From the NCBI GenBank assembly GCA_963777605.1, contig CAVZRV010000010.1, positions 1 to 64,000 on the forward strand: DNA of 64,000 nt, read 5' to 3'. Origin of the DNA: an uncultured Acidobacteriota bacterium. Lineage in GTDB: Bacteria; Acidobacteriota; UBA6911; RPQK01; JAPXNP01. Made by a program: the position numbers and the translations under genes. The number at the start of each line of letters is the position of its first letter. Positions within the stretch are counted from its first letter, which is position 1. Positions 31,436 through 41,617 of this stretch are shown here, piece after piece. The notes below the pieces were generated by a model. That model did no database searches. It saw nothing but the letters and a program-made list of their open reading frames with translations, and had not been told where the DNA came from.

Positions 31436-33079
31436 CTAACGAACAGATGCGCGGTTGGTGACGAGGAACAATTGGTTCCGGAGGCCGTCGGACTGACCGG
31501 TGCGGAGGGCTTTCCAGAATTCGCGTCCCGTTGTCCGAAGGATTGGGCGGGACTCGATGACGTGCAGGTCCTGCGGCGGCAGAGCCTTCGAAAGCGCGTT
31601 GAATCCGGCCTGATTGGTGATCAGGAAGACCGGCTCGGTGCTTCGCATCAATTCAACTGCAGCACTGGCTTCGTAGAGTTCCGAGATGTTTCGGTCGAGG
31701 TAGAAACGCAGGCTGGGCGCGGTAAAGAGAAAGTATCCCGCCTGCCAATCTTGGAGACTTTCGGCATCGGCGATCCGGTTGATCGTCTCGGCAAACGGGC
31801 GCACCGGGCGAAATGCTTCCAAAGCGGGCAAGTAGATGAGCGCGCTCAGGGCCAGGAATGCGGAGAGGGCCAAACCCTGGCCGAGCAACCTGCCGCGCCA
31901 AGCCAACACGGCTCCAGTCAGCAGGGCAACCGGCGGAAGCCAAAAAAGTGTGTCCGGAAAGAGGACGAACCCTGCCACAAGCAGCAAACTCGCTGCCAGC
32001 AGGAGGCTTCCACTTTCCAGCCAGGCCAGGGCGCGTGGAATCTTCACCGACACGGCCCAACCCGCAATCAGCAGCGAGGCCGAGGCGTACAGCGGCGCAA
32101 TGTAGTACTCCTGTTTGTTCAACGATAGGCTGAAGAAAATGAAGTAAAACAAGCACCAGATAAGAAAAAAAACATAGAGATTAGACTCTTGCCTTTGTCG
32201 TCTGGAATCCCGGAAAAGCCCGATCAGTGCTACAGGAGCAATCAGTGACCAGGGGAAGGAGTCGGCCAGGAAAACGCCCACATAATAGAAGTATCCCCGT
32301 CGCGGGCCGAAGTCAGTGTCCAGGAAGCGTCCCACGTTCTCCGTGAAGAGGAACGATCTGACCGGCTCCCAGCCATAAGTCAAGCCGAGGGCAGCGAACC
32401 AGGAACCGGCTATGGTGAGGAAAAGAAACCCTCCCAGCACCCATTCCCAGGCCAGGGCGCGTCGGAACTGCCGGTAGAAAGCCAGGTAGGCGACCATCAC
32501 GACAAGCGGAAGTACGACAACCGGGCCTTTGGCCAGGAATCCCAGACCCAGGCAGACTGAGGCCGCAACAGCGGCAGGCCGCCTCCCGGACTGCAGCCAG
32601 TCAACGATGAAGTACAGGGCTGCCAGGACGAGGAAAAGGAGGAGAAGGTCGATCAGAAGGCGTCGGGCCAGGAGGAAGAGGCGAAAGGTCGTCGAGAAGA
32701 TCACCGCGGCGAGCAGGGCCGGCGCCGCTTCGCTCCAGAGCCGGCGGCCGATGAGAAAGGTCACCAGGATGGAACCTGCCGCCAGAAGCGACATCAGGAG
32801 ACGCTCCCAGAGCAAGTTGACTCCAAACCACTGGTAGAGTGGAGCGACCAGCCAGTAGGAAAGGGGGGGTTTGTTCAGCCTCGGCTGCCCGTTGAAGTGG
32901 GGCACGAGCCAGTTCCCCGATTTGAGCATCTCCCGCGGGGTCTCGACGTAGAAGGCCTCGTTGGCGTCCCAGACTGAAGGACCGGCCGGGTGAATGAAAT
33001 AGGGGACGATGCAGAGAACGAGAACGATCCAGGCCTGGCGGGGAGAGATTCGAGGAAGGGAACTCGGGTTCTCGGTCAC
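31436..33079 (-). CDS. ArnT/GT39(GT83)-like integral membrane glycosyltransferase
   Basis: DANEAFYVETPREMLKSGNWLVPHFNGQPRLNKPPLSYW, LAKGPV, many TM segments. Confidence 0.9.
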   Translation of the reverse strand: MTENPSSLPRISPRQAWIVLVLCIVPYFIHPAGPSVWDANEAFYVETPREMLKSGNWLVPHFNGQPRLNKPPLSYWLVAPLYQWFGVNLLWERLLMSLLAAGSILVTFLIGRRLWSEAAPALLAAVIFSTTFRLFLLARRLLIDLLLLFLVLAALYFIVDWLQSGRRPAAVAASVCLGLGFLAKGPVVVLPLVVMVAYLAFYRQFRRALAWEWVLGGFLFLTIAGSWFAALGLTYGWEPVRSFLFTENVGRFLDTDFGPRRGYFYYVGVFLADSFPWSLIAPVALIGLFRDSRRQRQESNLYVFFLIWCLFYFIFFSLSLNKQEYYIAPLYASASLLIAGWAVSVKIPRALAWLESGSLLLAASLLLVAGFVLFPDTLFWLPPVALLTGAVLAWRGRLLGQGLALSAFLALSALIYLPALEAFRPVRPFAETINRIADAESLQDWQAGYFLFTAPSLRFYLDRNISELYEASAAVELMRSTEPVFLITNQAGFNALSKALPPQDLHVIESRPILRTTGREFWKALRTGQSDGLRNQLFLVTNRASVR

Positions 33080-33085
33080 GGGGAA

Positions 33086-35587
33086 TCAGCCGAAGAGCCC
33101 CTTCTGGAGGTCCTCAAAGGACTCTTCAGGGACGGTTGAGGACCGGGAACGTCCGGTCAGGTTCAGCTGCTTGCGCTCGAGCCGGGTCAAAATCTCCTTC
33201 GCCCGGTCAATGACAACCGAAGGGACACCGGCCAGTCGAGCGACCTCGATGCCGTAACTCTTATTGGCAACCCCGGGAAGCACCTTGTGGTAGAAGATGA
33301 TGCTCGATCCACCTTCGCTGACGGTCACGCAGTAGTTGCGCGCTCCCTCGTACATACTCTCCAGGCGGGTGAGTTCCTGATAGTGCGTCGCAAACAGCGT
33401 GCGGGCTCGCCGGCTTGTTTCGGTCAGGAGGAACTCGGCAACCGACCAGGCGATCGAAAGGCCGTCGAACGTCGCAGTACCCCGGCCGACTTCGTCCAGC
33501 AGGATGAAACTGCGCCGTGTGGCGGTATTGAGGATTCGTGCCGTTTCGATCATCTCGACCATGAAGGTGGACTGGCCACGGGCCAGGTTGTCGCTGGCAC
33601 CCACTCGCGTGTAAATCCGGTCGACCAGCCCGATCTCGGCTTCCTGGGCCGGAACGAAGCAACCGATTTGAGCCATGATGACGATCAGGGCATTCTGGCG
33701 GAGGTAGGTCGATTTGCCGCCCATGTTGGGTCCCGTCAGGAGCATCAACTGGTCGCCGGCTGCGTCACAGTTCAGGTCGTTGGGTACGAACGGGTCGTCT
33801 CCCTGCAATTCGAGTACGGGATGGCGTCCTCCCACGATGTGCAGTCTCCGCGACTCGTCCAGGTGCGGCCGGGCGTACCGGTTCTTGCGGGCAAGTTCGG
33901 CAAAAGCCACCAGCACGTCCATCAGGGCGACGGTTCCGGCGGTGGCGCGGATCCGCGCAGCCTCGTCGGCAAGCTGTCGCCGGAGCGCCAGGAAGAGCTC
34001 CTTCTCCAATTCGACGATACGCTCTTCGGCCCCCAGAACCTTGTCCTCGTACTCCTTGAGTTCGGGCGTGATGTAGCGCTCGGATCCGGCCAGGGTCTGT
34101 TTTCTGATGTAGTGTTCCGGAACCGACTTGAGATGGCTCTTGGTGACTTCGATGAAGTACCCGAAGACCCGGTTGAACTTCACCTTCAGGGAGGAGATTC
34201 CTGTCCGTTCCCGTTCTTCAGCCTCAATTCGAGCGATCGTCGATTTGCCGGAGGAAGCGATCTCTCGCAGTTCGTCGAGTTTCTGATTATAACCGTTTCT
34301 GAGGATGCGTCCCTCGTTGATCGAAACCGGGGGATCATCGCTCAGTGCTGAGGCCAGAATCTCCGCGACGTCTTCAAGGGTGTCGAGTTTCGGTCGGAGG
34401 ATCGCGCTCTCGAATGAACTCAACTGGTCAGCCAATCCTGGAAGCTGAAGCGCCGACTCACGGAGCGAGAGCAGGTCCCGGGGATTCGCCGTGTCCATGG
34501 TGATCCGGGCCAGAAGCCGTTCCAGGTCGTGGATCCTGGAAAGGGTCTGACCCAGTTTCCCAAGGCCGATGACATTCCTGCTCAACTCTTCAACGCCGTC
34601 GAGCCGGCCCTCGATCTCGTCGAGATCCATGCTCGGCCGCAGCAGCCAGCGCCGGAGCAGGCGCGCCCCCATTCCTGAACGGGTCTGGTCGAGCGTGGAG
34701 AGGAGGGTCCATTTCTTGCTGCCGTCCACACCCTGAACGAGTTCCAGGTTGCGCACCGTGGCATCGTCCATCTTCAGGAAACGCGTGTCTTCCAGGACCT
34801 TCAGGCCGGTCACGTGATTCAGTGCGGACTTCTGGGTCTGTTTAACATAATGCAGAAGGCTCCCGGCGGCTGCCAGGGCGAGCGAGTGCCCGTTGAGCCC
34901 GAAACCTTCCAACCCGGCGACCTTGAAATGCTGCAGGAGCTGTCGATGGGAGTAATCCTGGTTGTAGACCCAGTCGGGCTGTTCAGTGAAAACGACCGAG
35001 CTGTTTAGGACCGGCGCGAAGCGCGTCCGGATGGAGTCAGCGGCCGACTCCGCGGTGAGTATCTCTCGGGGCTGGAACTGGAAGAGCTGGTGCCCAAGGC
35101 CTTCTTTACCCTCCTGGCCGGAATGCTCCGAAACCCAGAATTCACCGGTCGAGACATCCATGAACGAGGCCGCGCACCGGCCATCATACTCGTAGATGCT
35201 CGAGATGTAGTTGTTCTCGCGCGCTTCCAGAACCCCTTCCTCAACAGCCGTGCCGGGAGTCAGGATTCGGGTCACCTCCCGTTTGACGATGCCTTTGGCC
35301 TGCTTTGGATCCTCAACCTGCTCGCAAATCGCAACCTTGAGCCCCTTTTTGAGAAGCCGGGAGACGTAGTTTGTAACAGCGTGATGAGGAATTCCGCACA
35401 TGGGAATCGGGTTCCCCTGGTGATCCTTATTCCTTGATGTCAGGGTAATTTCGAGTTCGCGGCTGCCGATTACCGCGTCCTCGAAGAACATCTCGTAGAA
35501 GTCCCCCAGCCGGAAAAAGAGGAGCATGTCGGGGTGTTCAAGTTTTATCCGATGGTACTGGCGCATCATCGGCGTGAGGTGATCCAT
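33086..35587 (-). CDS. mutS: DNA mismatch repair protein MutS
   Basis: TPMMRQY, FRLGDFYEMF, TGPNMGGKSTY, STFMVEM, LDEVGRGTATFDG, SYGIEVARLAG; start placed at MDHLTP. Confidence 0.97.
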   Translation of the reverse strand: MDHLTPMMRQYHRIKLEHPDMLLFFRLGDFYEMFFEDAVIGSRELEITLTSRNKDHQGNPIPMCGIPHHAVTNYVSRLLKKGLKVAICEQVEDPKQAKGIVKREVTRILTPGTAVEEGVLEARENNYISSIYEYDGRCAASFMDVSTGEFWVSEHSGQEGKEGLGHQLFQFQPREILTAESAADSIRTRFAPVLNSSVVFTEQPDWVYNQDYSHRQLLQHFKVAGLEGFGLNGHSLALAAAGSLLHYVKQTQKSALNHVTGLKVLEDTRFLKMDDATVRNLELVQGVDGSKKWTLLSTLDQTRSGMGARLLRRWLLRPSMDLDEIEGRLDGVEELSRNVIGLGKLGQTLSRIHDLERLLARITMDTANPRDLLSLRESALQLPGLADQLSSFESAILRPKLDTLEDVAEILASALSDDPPVSINEGRILRNGYNQKLDELREIASSGKSTIARIEAEERERTGISSLKVKFNRVFGYFIEVTKSHLKSVPEHYIRKQTLAGSERYITPELKEYEDKVLGAEERIVELEKELFLALRRQLADEAARIRATAGTVALMDVLVAFAELARKNRYARPHLDESRRLHIVGGRHPVLELQGDDPFVPNDLNCDAAGDQLMLLTGPNMGGKSTYLRQNALIVIMAQIGCFVPAQEAEIGLVDRIYTRVGASDNLARGQSTFMVEMIETARILNTATRRSFILLDEVGRGTATFDGLSIAWSVAEFLLTETSRRARTLFATHYQELTRLESMYEGARNYCVTVSEGGSSIIFYHKVLPGVANKSYGIEVARLAGVPSVVIDRAKEILTRLERKQLNLTGRSRSSTVPEESFEDLQKGLFG

Positions 35588-35668
35588 GACGGCGTATACA
35601 TTAGCAGGAATCGGTGATCCCTGTCCGCTCTCCACGAGGGCACGGGTTTTCAAGTAAGCTAGGGAGCC

Positions 35669-36361
35669 ATGTTTCTTCTTGCAGTCGATACCGCAACCAA
35701 CAGCGGAGGGGTGGCTCTGGCTCGGAACGCCGAAGTGGTGGCGACCGTCATGGTCAAGCGCCCCCTGGAATACTCCGAGAACCTGATCGCCAACGTGGAT
35801 TTCCTGCTCCACCAGTTTGACCTGTCCATGGGAGAGATCGACTGCTTTGCCGTTGCCTCGGGCCCGGGCTCCTTCACGGGGCTGCGCATCGGAATGGCCA
35901 CCGTCAAAGGTTTTTGCCAGAGCCTGGGTCGGCCTGCCGTGGACATTTCGACACTCGAGGCGCTCGCCTATCGATTCCGATATCTTTCGGACCGGGTCGC
36001 CCCAATGGTGGACGCCCGCCGCCAGCAGGTCTTCGGGGCCATTTACGAGGTTCAAGACGGTTCGAGCCGTTTGATCCAGGAGGAAGCGGTGTTGCCGCCT
36101 GCCGAGTGGCTGAAGAGCCTTCCACCGGAACCCTGCCTCTTTGTTGGTGATGCCGCCCAGATGTACAGCTCGACGGTGGCCGCCATGAGACCCCAGGACC
36201 GCGTGATTCGGTCGGATAACGTCATCCTCAACGAACTGTGTCAACTCGCCTACCACCGCTTCGTTCGAGGCGAAACTCGAACCGCGAGTGAAATCAGGGC
36301 CAATTATGTCCGACCCTCAGATGCCGAACTGCCGATTCCTCCCTCGGCCGGCCAGTCCTGA
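35669..36361 (+). CDS. tsaB: tRNA threonylcarbamoyladenosine biosynthesis protein TsaB
   Basis: LAVDTAT, GPGSFTGLRIG, STLEALA, DARRQQV, YVRPSDAE. Confidence 0.95.
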   Translation: MFLLAVDTATNSGGVALARNAEVVATVMVKRPLEYSENLIANVDFLLHQFDLSMGEIDCFAVASGPGSFTGLRIGMATVKGFCQSLGRPAVDISTLEALAYRFRYLSDRVAPMVDARRQQVFGAIYEVQDGSSRLIQEEAVLPPAEWLKSLPPEPCLFVGDAAQMYSSTVAAMRPQDRVIRSDNVILNELCQLAYHRFVRGETRTASEIRANYVRPSDAELPIPPSAGQS

Positions 36362-36806
36362 CGACATCGACGAGATTGTCCGGATCAACGACGAATCGGG
36401 GCTCAGTCGCTGGGCGCCGGAAGAGTACCGGATTCTTCTGGGGCGACCGGGGATAAAGTGCGTAGTGGCGGAAAGATCCGGTTGGGTGGCCGGTTTCTGC
36501 CTCTCCTGGTTCCTCGGCCCGGAGGCCGACCTGCTCAAGATCGCGGTGAGTGTCACCGAGCGCAGGGGCGGAATTGGACGGTTGCTGATGAACCGCCTGA
36601 TGTCTGATGCAGCCGAGGCGGGTGTCGAGGTATGCTTTCTCGAAGTACGGCAGGGCAATCTGGTTGCGTTGGAGTTCTATCACGGTTTTGGCTTCAGGGA
36701 GTGCGGAAAGCGCCGGGCCTATTACAATGACCCCGTCGAAGATGCCCTGGTTCTGAGGTGTGACCTCCGGCCGATGCAGGAAACCGGCTGCGACGAGGCC
36801 GGATAA
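36321..36806 (+). CDS. rimI: Ribosomal protein alanine N-acetyltransferase
   Basis: IAVSVTERRGGIG, FLEVRQGN, GF..GKRRAYY..EDAL; follows tsaB. Confidence 0.88.
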   Translation: MPNCRFLPRPASPDDIDEIVRINDESGLSRWAPEEYRILLGRPGIKCVVAERSGWVAGFCLSWFLGPEADLLKIAVSVTERRGGIGRLLMNRLMSDAAEAGVEVCFLEVRQGNLVALEFYHGFGFRECGKRRAYYNDPVEDALVLRCDLRPMQETGCDEAG

Positions 36807-36867
36807 CGCACGAGGCGCGTTCGGGGGTTGCCGGTCAGTTTTAAAGAGAGGACTTGCGGAGAGCCGC

Positions 36868-38085
36868 GTGGTGGGGAGATCGAGTCTGCGCAACGAGGGG
36901 TTTACGATTCTCGCACTCTTTGGGGTGCTGTTCCTGGCCTCGGTCGATAACCAGCTCCTGATCCCTATACTCCCAGCACTGAGCGACGATCTCGGGGTAT
37001 CGCTCGTCCGGCTGGGACAGCTGTTTTCCCTCTACGCCCTCTGTGCGGCGCTCTTCAATCTCGTTTTCGGGCCCCTGAGTGATCGGCTGGGTAGAGTGTT
37101 TTTTCTTCGCCTCGGTCTCGGAGCCTTCATGGTGCTGGCTGCCCTGACGACCCAGGTTGTCGGATTTGGCGGTCTCGCCGCCATACGCGCGTGCACGGGG
37201 ATCGCTGCAGGGTTACTGTCGACCTGCACGGTGAGCTACATCGGCGACTTCTTCCCGTACGAGAAGCGGGGCCGGGTAATGGGCATAGTCCTGAGCTCCT
37301 ATTTCGCGGCCCTGATTCTGGGTGTTCCACTGAGTTCCTGGATTGCTGAGGCGTGGGGCTGGCGACGGGTATTCGTGGTCACTGGAATCCTCGCTTTCAT
37401 ATTGCTGCTGGCAGCTCTGCAGATCTCATCGGATCGGCCGAAGCGCTCTCAGCTTCGGAATTCATCGTTCCGGTCCTATCTCGGGTTCGTAGGGAGGCGA
37501 ACAACTATGGGGGCCCTGATGACTTCGTTCATGGTCTCTGGGGCGACACTCGCATTCTTGACCTACATCTCGGGTTACCTGGCCGCCTCCTTTGATATGA
37601 GCCCGGTCCAGATTTCGATGGTCTTTCTGGTTTCGGGTGGAGCCGCAATCCTGGCCAGCCCGCTTTCAGGATGGATCAGCGATCGGCGTTTGACAAAGAA
37701 GCGCCTCTTCGTGGTGTCCAACTCCTTCCTTTCGGTGCCCCTCCTGCTGCTCGTTCACGCGGGTGGAGGCTCCGCACTATTCGTCGTCATCTTCCTGGCC
37801 GGCCTCCTCGTGGCCTTCCGGCAGACCTCCCTGCAGACGCTGCAAACCGAACTGATCGGCAGCGGCGACCGGGGCGCATTTCTGGCCCTGCGCAACAGTG
37901 CTTCCCAGTTGGGCATTTCAATCTCGGTGCTGCTGGCAGGGAGCCTTTACGGTGCCTACGGCTATGGCGCCGTCACCCTGTTTGCTGCATCTTTGACCCT
38001 GGCGGGAAGTGCTATCCTTTATTTTTTTGTGGAGGACCCTGAAGGAGATCGTCCGGGCCGGGGGATTGCGTCCACGGGTTCCTAG
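36868..38085 (+). CDS. MFS transporter
   Basis: About 12 TM segments; motif A GPLSDRLGR; start approximate. Confidence 0.88.
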   Translation: MVGRSSLRNEGFTILALFGVLFLASVDNQLLIPILPALSDDLGVSLVRLGQLFSLYALCAALFNLVFGPLSDRLGRVFFLRLGLGAFMVLAALTTQVVGFGGLAAIRACTGIAAGLLSTCTVSYIGDFFPYEKRGRVMGIVLSSYFAALILGVPLSSWIAEAWGWRRVFVVTGILAFILLLAALQISSDRPKRSQLRNSSFRSYLGFVGRRTTMGALMTSFMVSGATLAFLTYISGYLAASFDMSPVQISMVFLVSGGAAILASPLSGWISDRRLTKKRLFVVSNSFLSVPLLLLVHAGGGSALFVVIFLAGLLVAFRQTSLQTLQTELIGSGDRGAFLALRNSASQLGISISVLLAGSLYGAYGYGAVTLFAASLTLAGSAILYFFVEDPEGDRPGRGIASTGS

Positions 38086-38104
38086 TCTTCATGGAGTTTA
38101 GAGG

Positions 38105-39256
38105 ATGAGCCGAAAAGAATTTTGGTCAGGAGTGGTCCTGAGCAGCCTGATTGCTGCCGGACTGGTCCTGTTCTTCCTGCGCTGGCCCTCTCCCCCGCCG
38201 GCAAGTGCTGAGTTCAAGCAGCCGGATACGCCCGTGCTTGACACGTCCCTGTCCGATGAGGAGCGTGTGAACATTCAGATCTACAAGGATCTGAGCCGGT
38301 CAGTCGTGAATGTCACCAGCACCCGTCTGACAGTGAATTTCTGGATGCAGGTGATCCCGGAACAGGGAACGGGCAGTGGTTTCATCATCGACGATCAGGG
38401 CCACATCGTCACGAACAACCACGTGATCGAACAGTCGGACCAGCTCGAAGTGACCCTGTTCGACGAGACGGCAGTCGCGGCGGAGGTGGTTGGACGTGAC
38501 CCTGTCAACGACCTGGCAGTTCTGAAGATTGACTGTCCGGAGCGGAAGTGTCGCCCAGTTCGCCTCGCCCAGGATTTGTCAATCGACGTCGGGCAGAGAG
38601 TCCTGGCCATCGGCAATCCTTTTGGCCTGGAACGAACCCTTACGACTGGAATCATTTCCTCCTTCGGCAGGAGCCTCGACACCGAGAACGGCGTCCTGGA
38701 CAACCTCATTCAAACCGACGCCGCCATCAACCCGGGGAACAGCGGTGGGCCCTTGCTCAATACGCGGGGTGAAGTGATTGGGGTCAACACGGCGATCCTC
38801 TCGCGAACCGGTGAAAGTGCCGGTATCGGGTTCGCCGTTCCGGTCACGACCTTGAACCGGATCCTTCCCGACCTGATCGAACACGGTCGTGTAATTCGGG
38901 CCTGGATCGGGATCTCCGGGCGGTCTCTCAGTCCGCGTCTTGCGCGCGCCCTCGACCTGCCGGTCGAGAAAGGAGTGCTGGTCGAGAAGGTGGCCAGTAG
39001 TAGCTCGGCCGAGGCAGCTGGGATCCAGGGAGGCGACCGCCGGGTCTTTGCCGGAAATGTTCCGCTCATCATCGGCGGCGACATCCTGGTCGAAATGGGT
39101 GGACAACCGGTCACCCAGTGGCGCGACATCTCCAGGATTGCCGAGGACAAGCGTCCCGGCGACGCAATGACGTTCGTTTTCTATCGGGACAAGGAGCGAA
39201 TCGAAAAGCGCGTTACCCTGGTCGGCCGTGAGGGTGGCCGTCGATTCCGTTTTTGA
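38105..39256 (+). CDS. HtrA/DegP-type S1C serine protease with PDZ domain
   Basis: GTGSGFII, TNNHVI, DLAVLKI, IQTDAAINPGNSGGPL; N-terminal anchor; one PDZ. Confidence 0.95.
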   Translation: MSRKEFWSGVVLSSLIAAGLVLFFLRWPSPPPASAEFKQPDTPVLDTSLSDEERVNIQIYKDLSRSVVNVTSTRLTVNFWMQVIPEQGTGSGFIIDDQGHIVTNNHVIEQSDQLEVTLFDETAVAAEVVGRDPVNDLAVLKIDCPERKCRPVRLAQDLSIDVGQRVLAIGNPFGLERTLTTGIISSFGRSLDTENGVLDNLIQTDAAINPGNSGGPLLNTRGEVIGVNTAILSRTGESAGIGFAVPVTTLNRILPDLIEHGRVIRAWIGISGRSLSPRLARALDLPVEKGVLVEKVASSSSAEAAGIQGGDRRVFAGNVPLIIGGDILVEMGGQPVTQWRDISRIAEDKRPGDAMTFVFYRDKERIEKRVTLVGREGGRRFRF

Positions 39257-39427
39257 CCGAATTTCCGCACACTGAGTTCCGCAGATTTTCGGAGTCAGAC
39301 GTTATATTGATATGGAGGCTGGCGACCTTCGCTGCGACATCGCAGGCCGTGGTCGGCTTCGCCAGTTCTGGCAACGTATTCGGGTGAGACTCACCCGTCA
39401 ACAGGGAATAAGGGAAGGAGCAAGAAG

Positions 39428-39841
39428 ATGGTTAACCGAGCAATTCTTATCGGACGCCTCGGACGAGATCCGGAGATGCGATTTACCCAGTCGGGAATGG
39501 CCGTCGCGAACTTTTCGCTGGCGACCAATGAGCGCTGGGTCGGACAGGATGGCAACCGCCAGGAACGGACCGAATGGCACAATATCGTCGCATTTGGAAA
39601 GCTGGCCGACATCTGCGGTCAATACCTGAAAAAGGGCAAACTGGTCTTTATCGAGGGGCGTCTCCAGACGCGCGAGTGGGACGATCGGGACGGCAACAAG
39701 CGCCGCACAACCGAAATCGTCGCCAACAACATGCAGATGCTCGAATCCCGCAGCGGCGGAGAAAGTTACTCCGAGGATTCCGGGGAGTCGGATCGCAGCG
39801 CGATGGAAATCGGGATCACCGACGACGACATCCCGTTCTAG
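39428..39841 (+). CDS. ssb: Single-stranded DNA-binding protein
   Basis: [25 protein letters not shown], acidic tail DDDIPF. Confidence 0.97.
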   Translation: MVNRAILIGRLGRDPEMRFTQSGMAVANFSLATNERWVGQDGNRQERTEWHNIVAFGKLADICGQYLKKGKLVFIEGRLQTREWDDRDGNKRRTTEIVANNMQMLESRSGGESYSEDSGESDRSAMEIGITDDDIPF

Positions 39842-39856
39842 TGGGGTTTCTGTTCC

Positions 39857-39919
39857 GGTTTCTGGTTCCTGGTTTCGGTTTTCGGGAAATACCCCACCAG
39901 AAACCCGGAACCAGAAACC
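39857..39919. terminator. Heptamer-built inverted repeat between convergent ssb and cpoB
   Basis: GGTTTCTGGTTCC (39857-39869) pairs with GGAACCAGAAACC (39907-39919). Confidence 0.5.
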
Positions 39920-39924
39920 AGCAG

Positions 39925-40740
39925 CTACATTCCCAGCTTCTGCAACTCCTGCTCGGCCAGGGTGGCTTCCTGTGACTTGGGATAGAGCTTCATCAACTTC
40001 TTGAGCACATCCGCGGCCTGTTCGACCTGCTGCATCTGTTCGAGTGCAAGCGCCTTTTTGTAATAGGCAACCGGTGTCTTGTCCCCCTTCGAGTACAGGT
40101 TGATAACCTGGTCGAAGGCCTGCACGGCAAGTTCGAGTCGCCCCTGCTGCATGTACGCATCACCGAGATAGTAGGCCGCGTTGTCCGCGTACTCGCTGTC
40201 CGGGTAGTTGGCCAGGAAATCCTGGAACCCGTCCACCGCAAGGGCGTAGTTGCCCATCAGGTAATCGTTGTAGCTGGCGCTGTAGACGCGGTCGGGTTCC
40301 ACATCCCCTCCGGCCTGGTCCGGAGCCGGGATTGACCGAAGCGATTGGACCTGGAGCTGGCTTTCCTCCATTTTGCGGCTCAAGCCGGCAATCCGGTTGT
40401 TGGTTTCGTCCAGCTTGGTGCTGAGGAGTTGGAACTCGTCACTCAACGAGGCGATCGACTTCTCGAGGTTCTCCCCCTGAGCCCGGCCCGAAGTGATCGC
40501 CTGTTTGACATCGTCGAGAGCCAGCTTGCCCTCGCCCGACTGGTCATTGAGCTGCTCCAGCAGCGACACGATCATCCCGTTCTTCTCGTCAATCGACTTC
40601 TGCAGCAACCGGATCTGATCCTGAAGCTGAAGAACATCACTCTGCAGCCGAATGATCTCTTCTTTCGTGCCACCGAACGAGAAAAAGGACAGCGACAGGG
40701 CCACCAGGGCCGGAACCACGCATTTCAATCGTCTCTTCAT
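39925..40740 (-). CDS. cpoB: Cell division coordinator CpoB (YbgF)
   Basis: Signal peptide, coiled coil, TPRs (YPDSEYADNAAYYLG); downstream of pal. Confidence 0.88.
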   Translation of the reverse strand: MKRRLKCVVPALVALSLSFFSFGGTKEEIIRLQSDVLQLQDQIRLLQKSIDEKNGMIVSLLEQLNDQSGEGKLALDDVKQAITSGRAQGENLEKSIASLSDEFQLLSTKLDETNNRIAGLSRKMEESQLQVQSLRSIPAPDQAGGDVEPDRVYSASYNDYLMGNYALAVDGFQDFLANYPDSEYADNAAYYLGDAYMQQGRLELAVQAFDQVINLYSKGDKTPVAYYKKALALEQMQQVEQAADVLKKLMKLYPKSQEATLAEQELQKLGM

Positions 40741-40817
40741 AGAGGGTCTCCCATCAAAAATCAGGCGTCGAGAGCTCAGTCAGCCCGACTCGGGGCGGCC
40801 CGCTCAGGCCGGAATCT

Positions 40818-41588
40818 TTACCGTACGACAAACTGGTCCCGGCGATTCTGGGCCCAGGCCGCTTCGTTGCTGCCCATGGCAAATGGCCGCTCTTCACCGA
40901 AAGAAATCGTCTCGAGCCGGTCCCCACCGATTCCCAATTGCACGAGGTAGGCCTTGGCAGCCTGCGCTCGCCGGTCACCCAGGGCAAGATTGTACTCCTC
41001 GGTACCGCGCTCGTCGCAATGGCCCTCGATAATCACGGGGATGTTGGGATAGCGGCGGAAATACTTCGAATTCTCTTCCAGGATGGAGCGAGCTTCCGAA
41101 GAGAGGTCTGCACTGTCGTAATTGAAGAAGATCGGACGAACCAGCCCTTCCTTGATTGCACTCTGGAGGGCCTGGAGATCGGTCTGGACTACCTCGCCCC
41201 TGCCTTCATCACGGGTAACTGTAACCCGGGCGCTTGCCTTGGCTTCACCGCCCCGGCTGGTTGCGGTCGCTGTGTATGTCGTCGACTCAAGGGGAGAAAC
41301 ACTGATCGACCCACCGGAGGAAACATTCCCGACTCCGCCATCGATGAGAACGGTGTCCGCGTTCGAGGCCGACCAGGTCAGATTCGCCTGGCCTCCGCGC
41401 CGGATTGTGCTCGGCGAGACTGACAGTTCAATCGTGGGGCTCGAGTAGGTTTCCGTGGCCGACGGAGTGCGATCGGTCGAACTCGCAGGAGGCCGGGCTA
41501 TCGTGGTTGGCTTCTTGCCACAGCCCACGGCAACGGCCAGGAGTAGCACAATCATGACGAGAACTACGATCTTCCAATTCGATTTCAT
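40818..41588 (-). CDS. pal: Peptidoglycan-associated lipoprotein with Ig-like insertion
   Basis: Lipobox VAVGC; OmpA-like IFFNYDS..IEGHCDERGTEEYNLALGDRRA..NRR. Confidence 0.92.
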   Translation of the reverse strand: MKSNWKIVVLVMIVLLLAVAVGCGKKPTTIARPPASSTDRTPSATETYSSPTIELSVSPSTIRRGGQANLTWSASNADTVLIDGGVGNVSSGGSISVSPLESTTYTATATSRGGEAKASARVTVTRDEGRGEVVQTDLQALQSAIKEGLVRPIFFNYDSADLSSEARSILEENSKYFRRYPNIPVIIEGHCDERGTEEYNLALGDRRAQAAKAYLVQLGIGGDRLETISFGEERPFAMGSNEAAWAQNRRDQFVVR

Positions 41589-41617
41589 TTTCTCCACTTC
41601 CTCCCTAACGAGTCGAC

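Noticed and set aside
35588-36256. 223-aa N-terminal extension of MutS
   Set aside because: It is the antisense shadow of tsaB; MutS homology starts at 35587.
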